Assembly: GCA_963650905.1 (NCBI GenBank)
Contig: CAVJNC010000001.1
Span: 1-47,382, forward strand
DNA from: Subdoligranulum sp. APC924/74
GTDB lineage: Bacteria > Bacillota > Clostridia > Christensenellales > Borkfalkiaceae
Direction: 5' to 3'
Length of the DNA: 47,382 bases
Shown: positions 18,710-28,185 of the stretch, piece after piece
How positions within the stretch are numbered: the stretch's first letter is position 1
Layout: the number at the start of each line of letters is the position of its first letter
Made by a program: the position numbers and the translations under genes
Notes under the pieces: generated by a model
Database searches by the model: none
The model's input: the letters and a program-made list of their open reading frames with translations, nothing else
What the model was told of the DNA's origin: nothing

Positions 18710-20476
18710 TTATCGTATTCTTTCGCTTTTTACGAGTTGACCGTATACTTTAGGTTTATGTCTGATTTTTATTCCGCGCTTTTTCAGTATCGAATAAACG
18801 GCGAAGGACAACAATACGACGCCTATTATGACCGGAACGGTGATGAGAAACGCCGCGGAAATATCGCCCACTTTAACGTCGCTCCACATTTTGTTCAGGT
18901 CTTTGAGTTCGGATTTGGAAAGCGTCGTCATCAGGGCGCATCTGTCCACCGTCGATTTTTCGGGATATTGAGTGGTCAGTTGTCTGCCGATGTTTTCAGG
19001 CGAACTGTAAACTATGACTTTTCCGTCCTCGGTTTTGTATTCGTCGGAAATATCGGTGAAATAATAGGAATAGTCTATTTCATAAGTCAGGCCGTTCTTT
19101 TCCGCCTCGGCGGGATCGGTGGTGAGTTCGTAGGTGTCGAGCAATCTTTCGAACACTTCGTCGCCCGAAATCGGACTGACGTAACCGATATAATCCATAT
19201 TCGAAATCGCGCATTCGGGACTTGAGATGAAGTTCACGAAATACTGAGCGAGTTCTTTGTTCGCGCCCTTGGGCATAACCCACGCGTCGAACCAGATATT
19301 GCTCCCTTCTTTCGGGACGGCGTAATACAACTTCGCGCCGTCGGAATATTCGTCGGCGGTGTCGAGCGTGTATGACGCGTCGCCCGACCAGGCGAAGTTG
19401 ATCGCGATTTTGCCCGCCGCCATATCCTTTTTACCGCTGTCCACTTCGAAGCCGTAAACGTTGTGTTTGAGTTCTTTAAGGCTTTCGCTCACGATATCCA
19501 CGGTTTTTTCGCCGTTGTCGGGGAAAATCTTCGCGAGCGTCGCCAACTTGTCCTGCGAAAGCCCGAGCGTGGCGAATTCTTCCGAAAGGGGAGTGTTCAC
19601 GTTGTTGAAAACCTTGATGATAATCTTCTGATATTCGTCGTGAGTAAGTTCGCCGCTCTCCCAGAGCCGCCTTAATTCGAGCAGTTCTTCGCCGTAAACC
19701 TTGCCCACGGCGAGAGCGTAAGTGTCCCTGATGCTGTCTTTTATCGTGCCGAGATTTTTATAGTACGCCTGCCACGGCAAAGCCCAGGTGTTAGCCTTCA
19801 CGTATTCTTCGAGTTCGCTTCCGGTGAGCGCGATTTCGCCGTCCTCGTCTAAAAGTCCGTTCATATCGATATCGGCGTTCGTTTCGGCGAGTTTCACGGG
19901 GTTATAGATGAAGCCCATCGTGCCCCACATATAACAAACCGCGTATTCCGCCCATTTTTTCACGCTGCCGGTGACGTAATTCTCTTCCTCTTTGGAATCG
20001 AACAGGTCTTTTATGAAGCCGGAAGCGTAGTCGTTGTAATTACTCACCGCGTCGTAAACGATTCCGCCGTCCGCGTTTTCCGTCACGTCGTAAGTTTCGA
20101 GCATGTTCTCGTTTATCATCCTTTGAATCATATAATCGGACGGGCAGACGAGGTCGTAGGCGTAAGTATATTCGCCGTTCCTGCCTTTCTTCTTGGTGAG
20201 TTGCAGTTCGTTATACATATTTTCGATCGTGCCGAAAGTGGAGTAATTCACCTTCACCTTTTTCCCGAATTTTTCGGTGGCGGCGGCCTCGAATTTTTCT
20301 ATAATGTCAAACGTTTCCCAATCGGCGTTATATTCCGAAATATATTCTTCGGCGTTATAAACGTTGAGTTCCAGAACGCCCGAATCCTCGCCGCCTCCGC
20401 CGCAGGAGGCGAACGACGAAAAACAGAGAACGATTGCAAAAAGCAGGGCTATAAGCCGTTTAACGCTTGTTTTCAT
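18710..20476 (-). CDS. potD: Spermidine/putrescine-type ABC substrate-binding lipoprotein, enlarged, with a C-terminal TM anchor
   Basis: Lipobox FASCGGG. PotD-like regions (NVYNAEEYI, MWGTMGFIYNP, NIWFDAWVMP). 588 aa against about 350 typical. The C-terminal hydrophobic helix AAFLITVPVIIGVVLLSFAVYSIL is followed by a basic tail. Confidence 0.7.
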   Translation of the reverse strand: MKTSVKRLIALLFAIVLCFSSFASCGGGGEDSGVLELNVYNAEEYISEYNADWETFDIIEKFEAAATEKFGKKVKVNYSTFGTIENMYNELQLTKKKGRNGEYTYAYDLVCPSDYMIQRMINENMLETYDVTENADGGIVYDAVSNYNDYASGFIKDLFDSKEEENYVTGSVKKWAEYAVCYMWGTMGFIYNPVKLAETNADIDMNGLLDEDGEIALTGSELEEYVKANTWALPWQAYYKNLGTIKDSIRDTYALAVGKVYGEELLELRRLWESGELTHDEYQKIIIKVFNNVNTPLSEEFATLGLSQDKLATLAKIFPDNGEKTVDIVSESLKELKHNVYGFEVDSGKKDMAAGKIAINFAWSGDASYTLDTADEYSDGAKLYYAVPKEGSNIWFDAWVMPKGANKELAQYFVNFISSPECAISNMDYIGYVSPISGDEVFERLLDTYELTTDPAEAEKNGLTYEIDYSYYFTDISDEYKTEDGKVIVYSSPENIGRQLTTQYPEKSTVDRCALMTTLSKSELKDLNKMWSDVKVGDISAAFLITVPVIIGVVLLSFAVYSILKKRGIKIRHKPKVYGQLVKSERIR

Positions 20477-21266
20477 TTCTTTTTGCCCTCCTTGAAGCCG
20501 CCACGTTCTGTATCACGAGGATAAGAACCATAAGCACGAATATGAGAGTGGATAACGCCCTGAGCGCGGGAACGGACGAACCTTTTCCGCCTTTCGCGTA
20601 TGCGTCGAAAACGTAAGTGGAAATGGTGTCGAACGTGGGCGGGCGGGTGAACGTCGTGACGATGTAATCGTCGAGCGAAAGGGTTACGGCGAGCATGAAG
20701 CCGCTGAATATCCCGGGGAGAATTTCGGGGATGATCACTTTGAACAAAGCCTTCGTCGGGCTTGCGCCGAGGTCGAGAGCGGCTTCGTAAAGGTTTCCGT
20801 CGAGTTGTTTGAGTTTGGGCAGGACGGAAAGGTAAACGAACGGGAAGCACAGAACGATATGCCCGATGAGAAGGGACGCGTAAGTTCTGCCGAACGAGAA
20901 CATCGTGCAGACGAGCGCGATCGAAATCGCCGTGACGATTTCCGCGTTGATTACGGGAATCTGCGTGAGGGCGTTGAGCGCGCCTTTGACTCTTCTTTTG
21001 GAATAAAACGTGCCTATCGCGCCGACCGTGCCGAGAATCGTCGAGCAGACGGAAGCGAGAAGAGCAAGCACCACGGTGTTCAAAACCGTCTGCATGATCG
21101 ATTTATCCGTGAAAAGTTTCCTGTAAAGCCCGAAGCCCCATTCTTCCGACCAGATGCCGATCGAGGGCGAAAGGTTGAACGAATAAACGGTGAGCAGAAT
21201 AATCGGCGCGTAAATAAACGCGAGCGCGAGGACGATATATGCGATTTTTATAATCTTTTTTACCAT
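20460..21266 (-). CDS. potC: Spermidine/putrescine ABC transporter permease
   Basis: Six TM helices with an EAA-loop region (EAALDLGASPTKALFKVIIP). Overlaps its neighbours. Confidence 0.85.
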   Translation of the reverse strand: MVKKIIKIAYIVLALAFIYAPIILLTVYSFNLSPSIGIWSEEWGFGLYRKLFTDKSIMQTVLNTVVLALLASVCSTILGTVGAIGTFYSKRRVKGALNALTQIPVINAEIVTAISIALVCTMFSFGRTYASLLIGHIVLCFPFVYLSVLPKLKQLDGNLYEAALDLGASPTKALFKVIIPEILPGIFSGFMLAVTLSLDDYIVTTFTRPPTFDTISTYVFDAYAKGGKGSSVPALRALSTLIFVLMVLILVIQNVAASRRAKRNENKR

Positions 21267-22099
21267 AATCCGCCTCCTCTCGTGTTGACTTCTTCGTCGG
21301 AAAATTTACGCGTTATGAACATCGTCAAAAAGATAAGCACGAGCAGAATCATCGCTATCGCCGAGCCGGCGTGCCAGTCGAACATAGTCGAGAACTGGTC
21401 TTCGATGAGTTTGCCGATGATCGTGACGTTTCCGTTGCCGAGCGTGTCGGAAATAACGTAACTCGTCGTCGTGGGGAGAAGTACCATAGTTATCGCCGAA
21501 ACGATTCCGGGGGCGGAAAGGGGGATAACGACTTTGAAAAACGTTTCCGCGCTCGTCGCGCCGAGGTCGGCGGACGCTTCGAGAATGCTTTTGTCGAGTT
21601 TTATAAGCACGGTGTAAAGGGGCAGAATGGTGAACGGAAGATAATCGTAAACCATGCCGATTACGGTGTTTACCATGCTGAGTTTGCTCGATTTATACAT
21701 TCCTATTTTAAAGAGCAGTTCTTTCATCGCCGCCGTTCTTAAAACGAAGTTTATCCACATCGGCAGAATGAAGAGCATAAGGACTACGTTCTTCCATTTC
21801 ATTTTAGAGCGGGCGAGAATGTATGCCACTGGATAGGCGATGAGCAGGCATAAAGCCGTGGTTATTATCGCAAGCCCGAAACTGACGTAAATCGCGCGGA
21901 TGTTAGCCGAACTGCCGAAGAAATAGACGAAGTTTTCGAACGAGAACGAGAATTTCGTTATGTCGTTCGTCGTCGGTTCGCCGCGTTCTACGGTGAACGC
22001 GTATAAAACGATGAGAAGAAGGGGCAACACCACGAATATGGCGATGAACGCCGCGTAAGGTATTCCGAGATTCTTCCTCGAAAATTTAAGCGCTTTCAT
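21260..22099 (-). CDS. potB: Spermidine/putrescine ABC transporter permease
   Basis: EAA loop: EASADLGATSAETFFKVVIP. Six TM helices. Confidence 0.85.
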   Translation of the reverse strand: MKALKFSRKNLGIPYAAFIAIFVVLPLLLIVLYAFTVERGEPTTNDITKFSFSFENFVYFFGSSANIRAIYVSFGLAIITTALCLLIAYPVAYILARSKMKWKNVVLMLFILPMWINFVLRTAAMKELLFKIGMYKSSKLSMVNTVIGMVYDYLPFTILPLYTVLIKLDKSILEASADLGATSAETFFKVVIPLSAPGIVSAITMVLLPTTTSYVISDTLGNGNVTIIGKLIEDQFSTMFDWHAGSAIAMILLVLIFLTMFITRKFSDEEVNTRGGGLW

Positions 22100-22100
22100 T

Positions 22101-23603
22101 TTATTTGGTCACCGCCTTTAACTTAAGTTTAATCTTATCCGCGGGGATTTTAACCGAAACTCTGTCGTTTTCGTTCCACGTGTATTCCGTGTCGACCACG
22201 AAATCTTCTTCCTCTTCGTCCGTTCTGATGATAACCTGATAGTGATCGCCCTTATAAACTATCTGAATTATCGTTCCGCAGGCGTCGCCGTCCTCGTCGT
22301 TGTCGATGATCTCGATATCCTTAAGCCCCACTTCCACGGAAACGTCGACGTCCGTAAGGTCGATTTTTTCGCCGTCCGCGGTGATGAGATAACCCTCTTC
22401 GTCGAGGTGAGAACCCTCGTAAAGTTGAGTGACGTCGCAGGCGAATTCGCCGTCGGCGAAGCAGACGGTGTTCTTTTTGGTGATGTATCCGTCGTAACGG
22501 TTGCAGTCGAATTCTTTCGCCATAATGTGGATATCGTCGGGCTTTATGATGACGGAGCATCTTTCGCCCGCCTTTCTTTCCATGGTGTCCTGAATGACGA
22601 TTTCGGTTTTACCCACGACGAAAGTCATTTCGTAATGCACGCCCTTGAAAATGGAGGAAGTAATCGCGCCGTCTACCTGACCTTTCCCCTCGTCCACGAG
22701 GAAAACGTCCTCGGGGCGGACCACCACGTCCACTTTTTCGTTAAGCGGGAAGTCGTCCACGCAATCGAAAACCTTGTTGATGAAGCGGACTTTGGTTTTG
22801 CCGACCATCGTGCCGGAGAAGATATTGCTTTCGCCGATGAAGTCCGCCACGAACGCGTTTTTGGGTTCGTTATAGATATCCTTCGGCGTGCCTATCTGCT
22901 GAATGGTTCCGTCCTTCATGACGACGATCGTGTCGCTCATCGTCAGGGCTTCTTCCTGATCGTGCGTGACGTAAATGAAGGTTATGCCGAGTTTTTTGTG
23001 CATCTCTTTAAGTTCGAGTTGCATGTCCTTTCTCATTTTGAGGTCGAGCGCGCCGAGAGGCTCGTCCAGAAGAAGAATTTCGGGTTCGTTGACGATCGCT
23101 CTCGCGATGGCTATCCTCTGTTGCTGACCGCCCGAAAGAGTGGTTACGTCTCTCTTTTCGAATTCTTCGAGGTCGACGAGTTTGAGAACTCTCGAAACTT
23201 TGGCGTCGATGACGTCTTTCGGGAGTTTTTCCGTTTTCGTAATGATTTTTCCGTCGTTCGTTTTATAGGTGTTTCTGAATTTTTTGAGTTTCAGTCCGAA
23301 CGCGATGTTGTCGTAAACGTTGAGGTGCGGGAAGAGCGCGTAACGCTGAAAAACGGTGTTTATCGGTCTTTCGTAAGGCGGAACGTTCGTTATATCCTTT
23401 CCGTTGAGCAGAATTTTGCCTTTATCGGGCATTTCGAAGCCCGCGATCATGCGGAGCGTGGTCGACTTTCCGCAACCCGAAGGCCCTAAAATCGTAATGA
23501 ATTCGCCTTTTCTTACGTAGAGATTCATATTCTCCACAGCCTGCTCGCCGTCGAATGTTTTCTCGACGCCGATAAGTTCGATGATTTTTTCTTCTTTTTC
23601 CAT
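22101..23603 (-). CDS. potA: Spermidine/putrescine ABC transporter ATP-binding protein with an extended C-terminal region
   Basis: Walker A GPSGCGKST, signature LSGGQQQR, Walker B LLLDEPLGALD. Start at ATG 23603 (MEKEEK) after GGAGAC. 500 aa against about 370 typical. The extra ~130-aa acidic C-terminal segment looks like a second TOBE-like domain. Confidence 0.8.
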   Translation of the reverse strand: MEKEEKIIELIGVEKTFDGEQAVENMNLYVRKGEFITILGPSGCGKSTTLRMIAGFEMPDKGKILLNGKDITNVPPYERPINTVFQRYALFPHLNVYDNIAFGLKLKKFRNTYKTNDGKIITKTEKLPKDVIDAKVSRVLKLVDLEEFEKRDVTTLSGGQQQRIAIARAIVNEPEILLLDEPLGALDLKMRKDMQLELKEMHKKLGITFIYVTHDQEEALTMSDTIVVMKDGTIQQIGTPKDIYNEPKNAFVADFIGESNIFSGTMVGKTKVRFINKVFDCVDDFPLNEKVDVVVRPEDVFLVDEGKGQVDGAITSSIFKGVHYEMTFVVGKTEIVIQDTMERKAGERCSVIIKPDDIHIMAKEFDCNRYDGYITKKNTVCFADGEFACDVTQLYEGSHLDEEGYLITADGEKIDLTDVDVSVEVGLKDIEIIDNDEDGDACGTIIQIVYKGDHYQVIIRTDEEEEDFVVDTEYTWNENDRVSVKIPADKIKLKLKAVTK

Positions 23604-23665
23604 AAGTTCTGTCTCCGGTTCCGACGTTCGGTCGTTACGCAGTTCCTGCCGACCGAAAGCGGGTT

Positions 23666-24199
23666 TTAAAAAGTGGGCGGAGTGGCTACCCATATGAATC
23701 TCGCCACTCTGTCGGTGTTGTTTTCTATATAATGTTCTTTGTTTGCCTGATAATAAAAACTTTCGCCTTTATTCGCTTTGTATTTTTTGTTGCCGAGATG
23801 AATCACGACCGCGCCCGAAAGGACGTAACCGAATTCCTCGCCCTCGTGCGGAACGTCCGGTTCGGTGCTTTTTTTCGGCATCAGATCGACAAGCACCGGC
23901 TCCATTTCGTTTTTCTGCGAATTGGGAACGAGCCAGTTGAGAGTGTATTGCGTCGTTTCCTTTTCGATGAATTCCTGCTCCCTGAAAACGATTTTTTCCT
24001 CGGGTTCTTCGCTGAAAAAATCTTTGAGGTTTGTGCCGAGCGCGGATAAAATATCCATAAGCGTGGCGATCGACGGGCTTGTGAGTTCGTTTTCGAGTTG
24101 ACTTATATAGCCCTTGGTGAGTTCGCATCTGTTCGCGAGTTCTTCCTGCGTGAGATCGCATTGCAATCGCAGTTGCTTGATTTTGTTACCGATTTCCAT
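23666..24199 (-). CDS. XRE-HTH plus cupin transcriptional regulator (PuuR-like)
   Basis: N-terminal LTQEELANRCELTKGYISQLENE. C-terminal cupin HEGEEFGYVLSGAVVIHLG. First gene upstream of potABCD. Confidence 0.8.
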   Translation of the reverse strand: MEIGNKIKQLRLQCDLTQEELANRCELTKGYISQLENELTSPSIATLMDILSALGTNLKDFFSEEPEEKIVFREQEFIEKETTQYTLNWLVPNSQKNEMEPVLVDLMPKKSTEPDVPHEGEEFGYVLSGAVVIHLGNKKYKANKGESFYYQANKEHYIENNTDRVARFIWVATPPTF

Positions 24200-24262
24200 A
24201 ATTTAACCCGTCCGTTTTCATAATTTAACCCGTCCGTTTCCGTATTTTAACCCGTCCGCAGC
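24197..24262. repeat. 3 x 22-nt tandem repeat spanning the start codon and ribosome-binding site of the XRE-cupin gene
   Basis: cataatttaacccgtccgttt[t/c] occurs at 24197 and 24219, with a diverged copy at 24241. The duplication creates a second upstream ATG (24219-24221) and an 11-codon uORF that overlaps the real start. Confidence 0.85.
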
Positions 24263-24465
24263 CGCGGATGCGGAAGCGATCGCCCGCGCCGTCGTTTCGT
24301 TCGTGCCGTCGTTCCGTCCGCGCCGTTTCGTCCGCGCCGTTCCGTTCACGCCGTTCCGTTTCGTCCGCGCCGGCGTTTCGTTTACGGCTACCATACTAAA
24401 CAAAAAGTTTAAAAAGGTTAGCAAATATAAACTTAAAGTTTAGCAAAAGTAAACGCAATGGTGGC

Positions 24466-24494
24466 ATTATATACGGAACGGCTCTTAATGTCAA
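24466..24494 (-). promoter_or_regulatory. Promoter of the XRE-cupin/pot operon
   Basis: Minus strand: TTGACA, 17 nt, TATAAT. It implies a leader of about 260 nt. Confidence 0.6.
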
Positions 24495-24707
24495 CTGTTT
24501 TAACGGCGTTTACACAAAATTATAAAAAAAATTTTTCGTCGCCCGTCGGGTTTTAATTCCGGTTTTAATTCCGGCGCGTTCCGCATATTATATTATCGTA
24601 TTATTCCCGAGCGGGATATCGTCGGAAAGTCCGATAAAATAAGCGGTATTTCGACAATATTTGTCGGATTTTTTCCGCGGGCGGATGATATAATCGAGGA
24701 GCGTTGA

Positions 24708-25466
24708 ATGAAAGAGAGAAAGAAGTATGCGACGACCGTTTTTGCGGGGATTCTGACGATAATTTTTTCGTCGGTAATCCTTTTTTCGAGCGGAAGTTAC
24801 GCCGTTTACACGGCGAACACGACCAGGCGGAAGTTGCCCGTGTACGGCGTAGGCCGCGACGACGGCGCGTTGTCGATTTCCTTCGATTGCGCGTGGGGAA
24901 CGGATTATACCGACAAAATTCTCGACGCGCTCGATTTTTATAACGTCAAAGCCACCTTTTTCGCGGTGCAGTTCTGGGCGGAAAAATATCCCGATTATCT
25001 TAAGAAAATAGTCGAAAGAGGTCACGAAGTAGGCACTCATTCCAAAACTCACCCGAAGATGTCGGAACTTTCGGCGGCGGAAATCGAAGAGGAACTGAAA
25101 AGTTCCGTCGCGGCGATAGAAAGCGTGACGGGGCAGAAAGTGAAACTGTTCCGCCCGCCGTTCGGCGATTATGACGACGACGTTATAACCGCCGCGGAAA
25201 AACTCGGGCTTTATACCATTCAGTGGAACGTCGACTCGCTGGACTGGAAAAACCTTTCCGCGGAACAGATCGCGGCGCGCGTTATAAAAAAAGCGGGTTC
25301 GGGTTCGATTATTCTGATGCACAACAACGGGCTTCACACGGCGGAATCGCTGCCGCTCATCTTCACCGCAACGCAACAAAAAGGACTCGTTTATCGACCT
25401 ATAAGCGAACTTATTTATACCGATGATTTCAGAATTACGCCAGACGGAACACAAATAAAAAACTGA
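24708..25466 (+). CDS. Polysaccharide deacetylase (NodB homology domain; PdaA/PdaB-like)
   Basis: SFDCAWG, HEVGTHSKTHP, LFRPPFG and IILMHN motifs, with an N-terminal TM/signal anchor. Confidence 0.8.
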   Translation: MKERKKYATTVFAGILTIIFSSVILFSSGSYAVYTANTTRRKLPVYGVGRDDGALSISFDCAWGTDYTDKILDALDFYNVKATFFAVQFWAEKYPDYLKKIVERGHEVGTHSKTHPKMSELSAAEIEEELKSSVAAIESVTGQKVKLFRPPFGDYDDDVITAAEKLGLYTIQWNVDSLDWKNLSAEQIAARVIKKAGSGSIILMHNNGLHTAESLPLIFTATQQKGLVYRPISELIYTDDFRITPDGTQIKN

Positions 25467-25480
25467 TTCGGAGAACAAAG

Positions 25481-26173
25481 ATGAACGTGGAAGAAAAACA
25501 AAACAACAAAGTATTTTTAAGCGGCGTGATAGTTGCCGAGGCAAAATTTTCGCACGAAGTTTACGGCGAGGGGTTTTATGAAACGGAAGTGAACGTGAAA
25601 AGGCTTTCGGGGCAGGCGGATATCATTCCCGTAACCATTTCGGAACGGCTTATCGAAAGCCATAACCTTTCGGTCGGCTCGGAGATCTGCGCGATCGGCC
25701 AGTTCAGAAGTTATAACAAACTCGTGGACGGAAAGAGCAAACTGATGCTCACCGTTTTCGTCCGCGAAATCGTCGGCGGCGACGGCGCGAGAAATCCCAA
25801 CAACATAGTCCTTTCCGGCTATATCTGCAAACCGCCCGTTTACAGAACCACGCCCTTCGCGAGGGAAATCGCAGACGTGCTTATCGCGGTGAACAGGGCG
25901 TATAACAAGTCCGATTACATTCCGTGCATCGCTTGGGGAAGAAACGCGAGATTCGTGAAAAATCTCGGCGTGGGCGAAAAGATCGCCGTTTCGGGGAGAA
26001 TCCAGAGCCGCGAATACGTGAAGAAAATTTCCGAAACGGAGAGCAGGACGATGACCGCTTACGAAGTTTCGATTTGCCGTCTCGCCGCTTACGAAAACGC
26101 GGATACGTTCGATCCCGAGGCGGAGTTCGATTCGAATTTCATTCCGTCCGCCGCGCTTGCGGATTCGGTGTGA
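25481..26173 (+). CDS. SSB-like protein with two tandem OB folds
   Basis: Two internally similar halves (VFLSG...GQFRSYN... and VLSGYI...SGRIQSREY), reminiscent of the SSB/PriB OB fold, with an acidic tail. Assigned by pattern only. Confidence 0.45.
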   Translation: MNVEEKQNNKVFLSGVIVAEAKFSHEVYGEGFYETEVNVKRLSGQADIIPVTISERLIESHNLSVGSEICAIGQFRSYNKLVDGKSKLMLTVFVREIVGGDGARNPNNIVLSGYICKPPVYRTTPFAREIADVLIAVNRAYNKSDYIPCIAWGRNARFVKNLGVGEKIAVSGRIQSREYVKKISETESRTMTAYEVSICRLAAYENADTFDPEAEFDSNFIPSAALADSV

Positions 26174-26328
26174 ACCCGCGGAACGAACAACGAGGGACGG
26201 TCGGTATTCCGCCGGACGGAAATCAGACGATCGACGACCGAGTCGGCTGCCGATGCCGGACAAGAATAAGACGTAAAACCGATAAAACACAAAACAAAAT
26301 ATTTCACAAATTTTTCATAATCCGGTTG

Positions 26329-26420
26329 TTGACTTTTATTTTAAAATGTGATAATTTGCAAGCAACGGTTTGAGACGCTCCCGTACGCAAAGGCTATCTG
26401 CGTGCGGGAGCGTCTTTTTT
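26329..26420 (+). promoter_or_regulatory. Module E1: promoter-like sequence plus conserved 5' tract plus 16-bp terminator-type hairpin, upstream of the ABC exporter
   Basis: TTGACT (26329-26334) and TGTGATAAT (26347-26355). CAACGGTTTGAG at 26363-26374. Stem 26374-26389 pairs with 26399-26414, loop AAGGCTATC, then TTTTTT at 26415-26420. Paralogous to 30001-30090. Confidence 0.6.
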
Positions 26421-26451
26421 ATTTATCACGAAAACAGGAGGCGTCGTTTTT

Positions 26452-28185
26452 ATGAGATCGATATTGCGTTTTTTAAAACCGCATTGGAAATTGTGCGTTA
26501 TCATAACTTTGCTTATGGTCGTTGAAACGGTCTGCGCGTTGCTTGTTCCGACATTTGCCGGCGAAATGCTCGATAAAGGTTCGTCGGCGGATACGAGTTT
26601 CGACGCGCTTGCGATAACCGGAATCAAAATGGCGGCCGTTTCTGTTTTAGCGGGGGCGGGCGGAATTGCAGGCGGGTATTCGTGCGCAAGGCTTGCCGCG
26701 GATATCGGCACGGATATAAGAGAAGAATTGTACAAAAAAACGCTGGATCTCTCCGTTTACGATTTCCGGACGTTCGGCGCGGCGTCCGTGACGACGCGTA
26801 CCGTTTCGGACGTAGCGAACGTTCAACTCGCGGTTGTCAATATCTTCCAACTTATATTGCCTGTCCCCGTTATTTTCGTCGCGGCGATAGCGTTGGCTTT
26901 TTCGACGGATCGGGTAATCGGTCTGATTTTATCGGGGTTTCTGATTCTTCCGATTATCTGCGCTCTGCTTATATTCAAAGGCGCGTCGCCGCTCTTTAAG
27001 AAACTGCAGAAACTTCTCGACAAGATGAGTACGATACTGCTCGAAAACATCTCGGGCGTGAGGGTTATCCGCGCGTTCAATAAAGAGGAATACGAAACGA
27101 AGCGACTGAACGCCGCGTTCGAGGGCTATAAAACGACGGCGGTAAAAGCCGACAGAATGTTCGCTTCGCTCGACGGACTGTCGTATTTTGCCGTCAATAT
27201 GTTCGCGGTGGTAATATATTGGATATGCGGCGCGAGGATTACCGTCGGCGCGTTTAAGTTCGGCGACGTAACCGCCGTAATCGAATACGCGATGCTTGCC
27301 TTGTACTATCTGATGATGGCGCAAATGCTCGTTTTAACGCTTCCGAGGGCTTTCGAATGCGCGAACCGCATAAACGCCGTTTTAAATTTTTCGCCCGAAA
27401 TCGCCGATAAAACGGACGAATACGTTCCGCTTGACGAAAATAAAGACGTCTTTACTTTTGAAAACGTCTCTTTCCGTTATGCCGACGCGGACGAATACAC
27501 GCTTAAAAATCTTAATTTTTCCTGCAAAAAAGGGACGGTTACGGGGATTATCGGCGGCACGGGGAGCGGGAAATCGACTATAGCGTCGCTTATGCTTCGG
27601 TTCAACGACGTTACTGAGGGCGCGATTAAACTGAACGGAACGGACATACGCGAAATGCCGCAGAAACAACTTCGGGATAACGCGGCGTGCGTCCGGCAAA
27701 ACGAGTGGTTGTTTTCGGGAACAATTGCCGAAAACCTTCGTTACGGAAACAAAAACGCTTCCGACGAGGAGTTATGGCGCGCTCTCGACATTGCGCAGGC
27801 AAGCGATTTCGTCCGCAATCTGCCCGATAAACTCGATTCTTTCGTGGCGCAGGGCGGCGCGAATTTTTCGGGCGGACAAAAACAACGCTTGTCCGTCGCC
27901 CGCGCTATCGTTAAAAATCCGCAGGTTTACGTATTCGACGACTGCTTTTCCGCGCTCGACGCCGAGACCGAGGCAGCCCTTCGCAAGGCGTTGCTCCGCG
28001 AAAAAGGCGACAAGACGATGATAATCATCGCGCAGAGAGTCGGTTCGATTAAAACCGCCGACCGCATTATCGTTCTGGACGACGGCAAGCCCGTCGGCAT
28101 AGGCGCGCACGAAGAATTGCTCGAAAATTGCAGGGTTTATCGGGAAATTTACGAATCTCAGACAAAGGCGGCGAGCGAAATATGA
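26452..28185 (+). CDS. Heterodimeric ABC exporter subunit (TMD-NBD), degenerate-site half
   Basis: Walker A GGTGSGKST, signature FSGGQKQR, Walker B VYVFDDCFSALD (Asp replaces the catalytic Glu). AGGAGG ribosome-binding site. Confidence 0.9.
   Translation: MRSILRFLKPHWKLCVIITLLMVVETVCALLVPTFAGEMLDKGSSADTSFDALAITGIKMAAVSVLAGAGGIAGGYSCARLAADIGTDIREELYKKTLDLSVYDFRTFGAASVTTRTVSDVANVQLAVVNIFQLILPVPVIFVAAIALAFSTDRVIGLILSGFLILPIICALLIFKGASPLFKKLQKLLDKMSTILLENISGVRVIRAFNKEEYETKRLNAAFEGYKTTAVKADRMFASLDGLSYFAVNMFAVVIYWICGARITVGAFKFGDVTAVIEYAMLALYYLMMAQMLVLTLPRAFECANRINAVLNFSPEIADKTDEYVPLDENKDVFTFENVSFRYADADEYTLKNLNFSCKKGTVTGIIGGTGSGKSTIASLMLRFNDVTEGAIKLNGTDIREMPQKQLRDNAACVRQNEWLFSGTIAENLRYGNKNASDEELWRALDIAQASDFVRNLPDKLDSFVAQGGANFSGGQKQRLSVARAIVKNPQVYVFDDCFSALDAETEAALRKALLREKGDKTMIIIAQRVGSIKTADRIIVLDDGKPVGIGAHEELLENCRVYREIYESQTKAASEI

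Noticed and set aside
24218-24424. 68-aa ORF (TTG start) in the pot-operon leader encoding an Arg/Thr/Asn-rich repeat peptide
   Set aside because: It has a non-ATG start and no ribosome-binding site. Its composition is dictated by the ACGG-type nucleotide repeats, and it lies within a probable 5' UTR.
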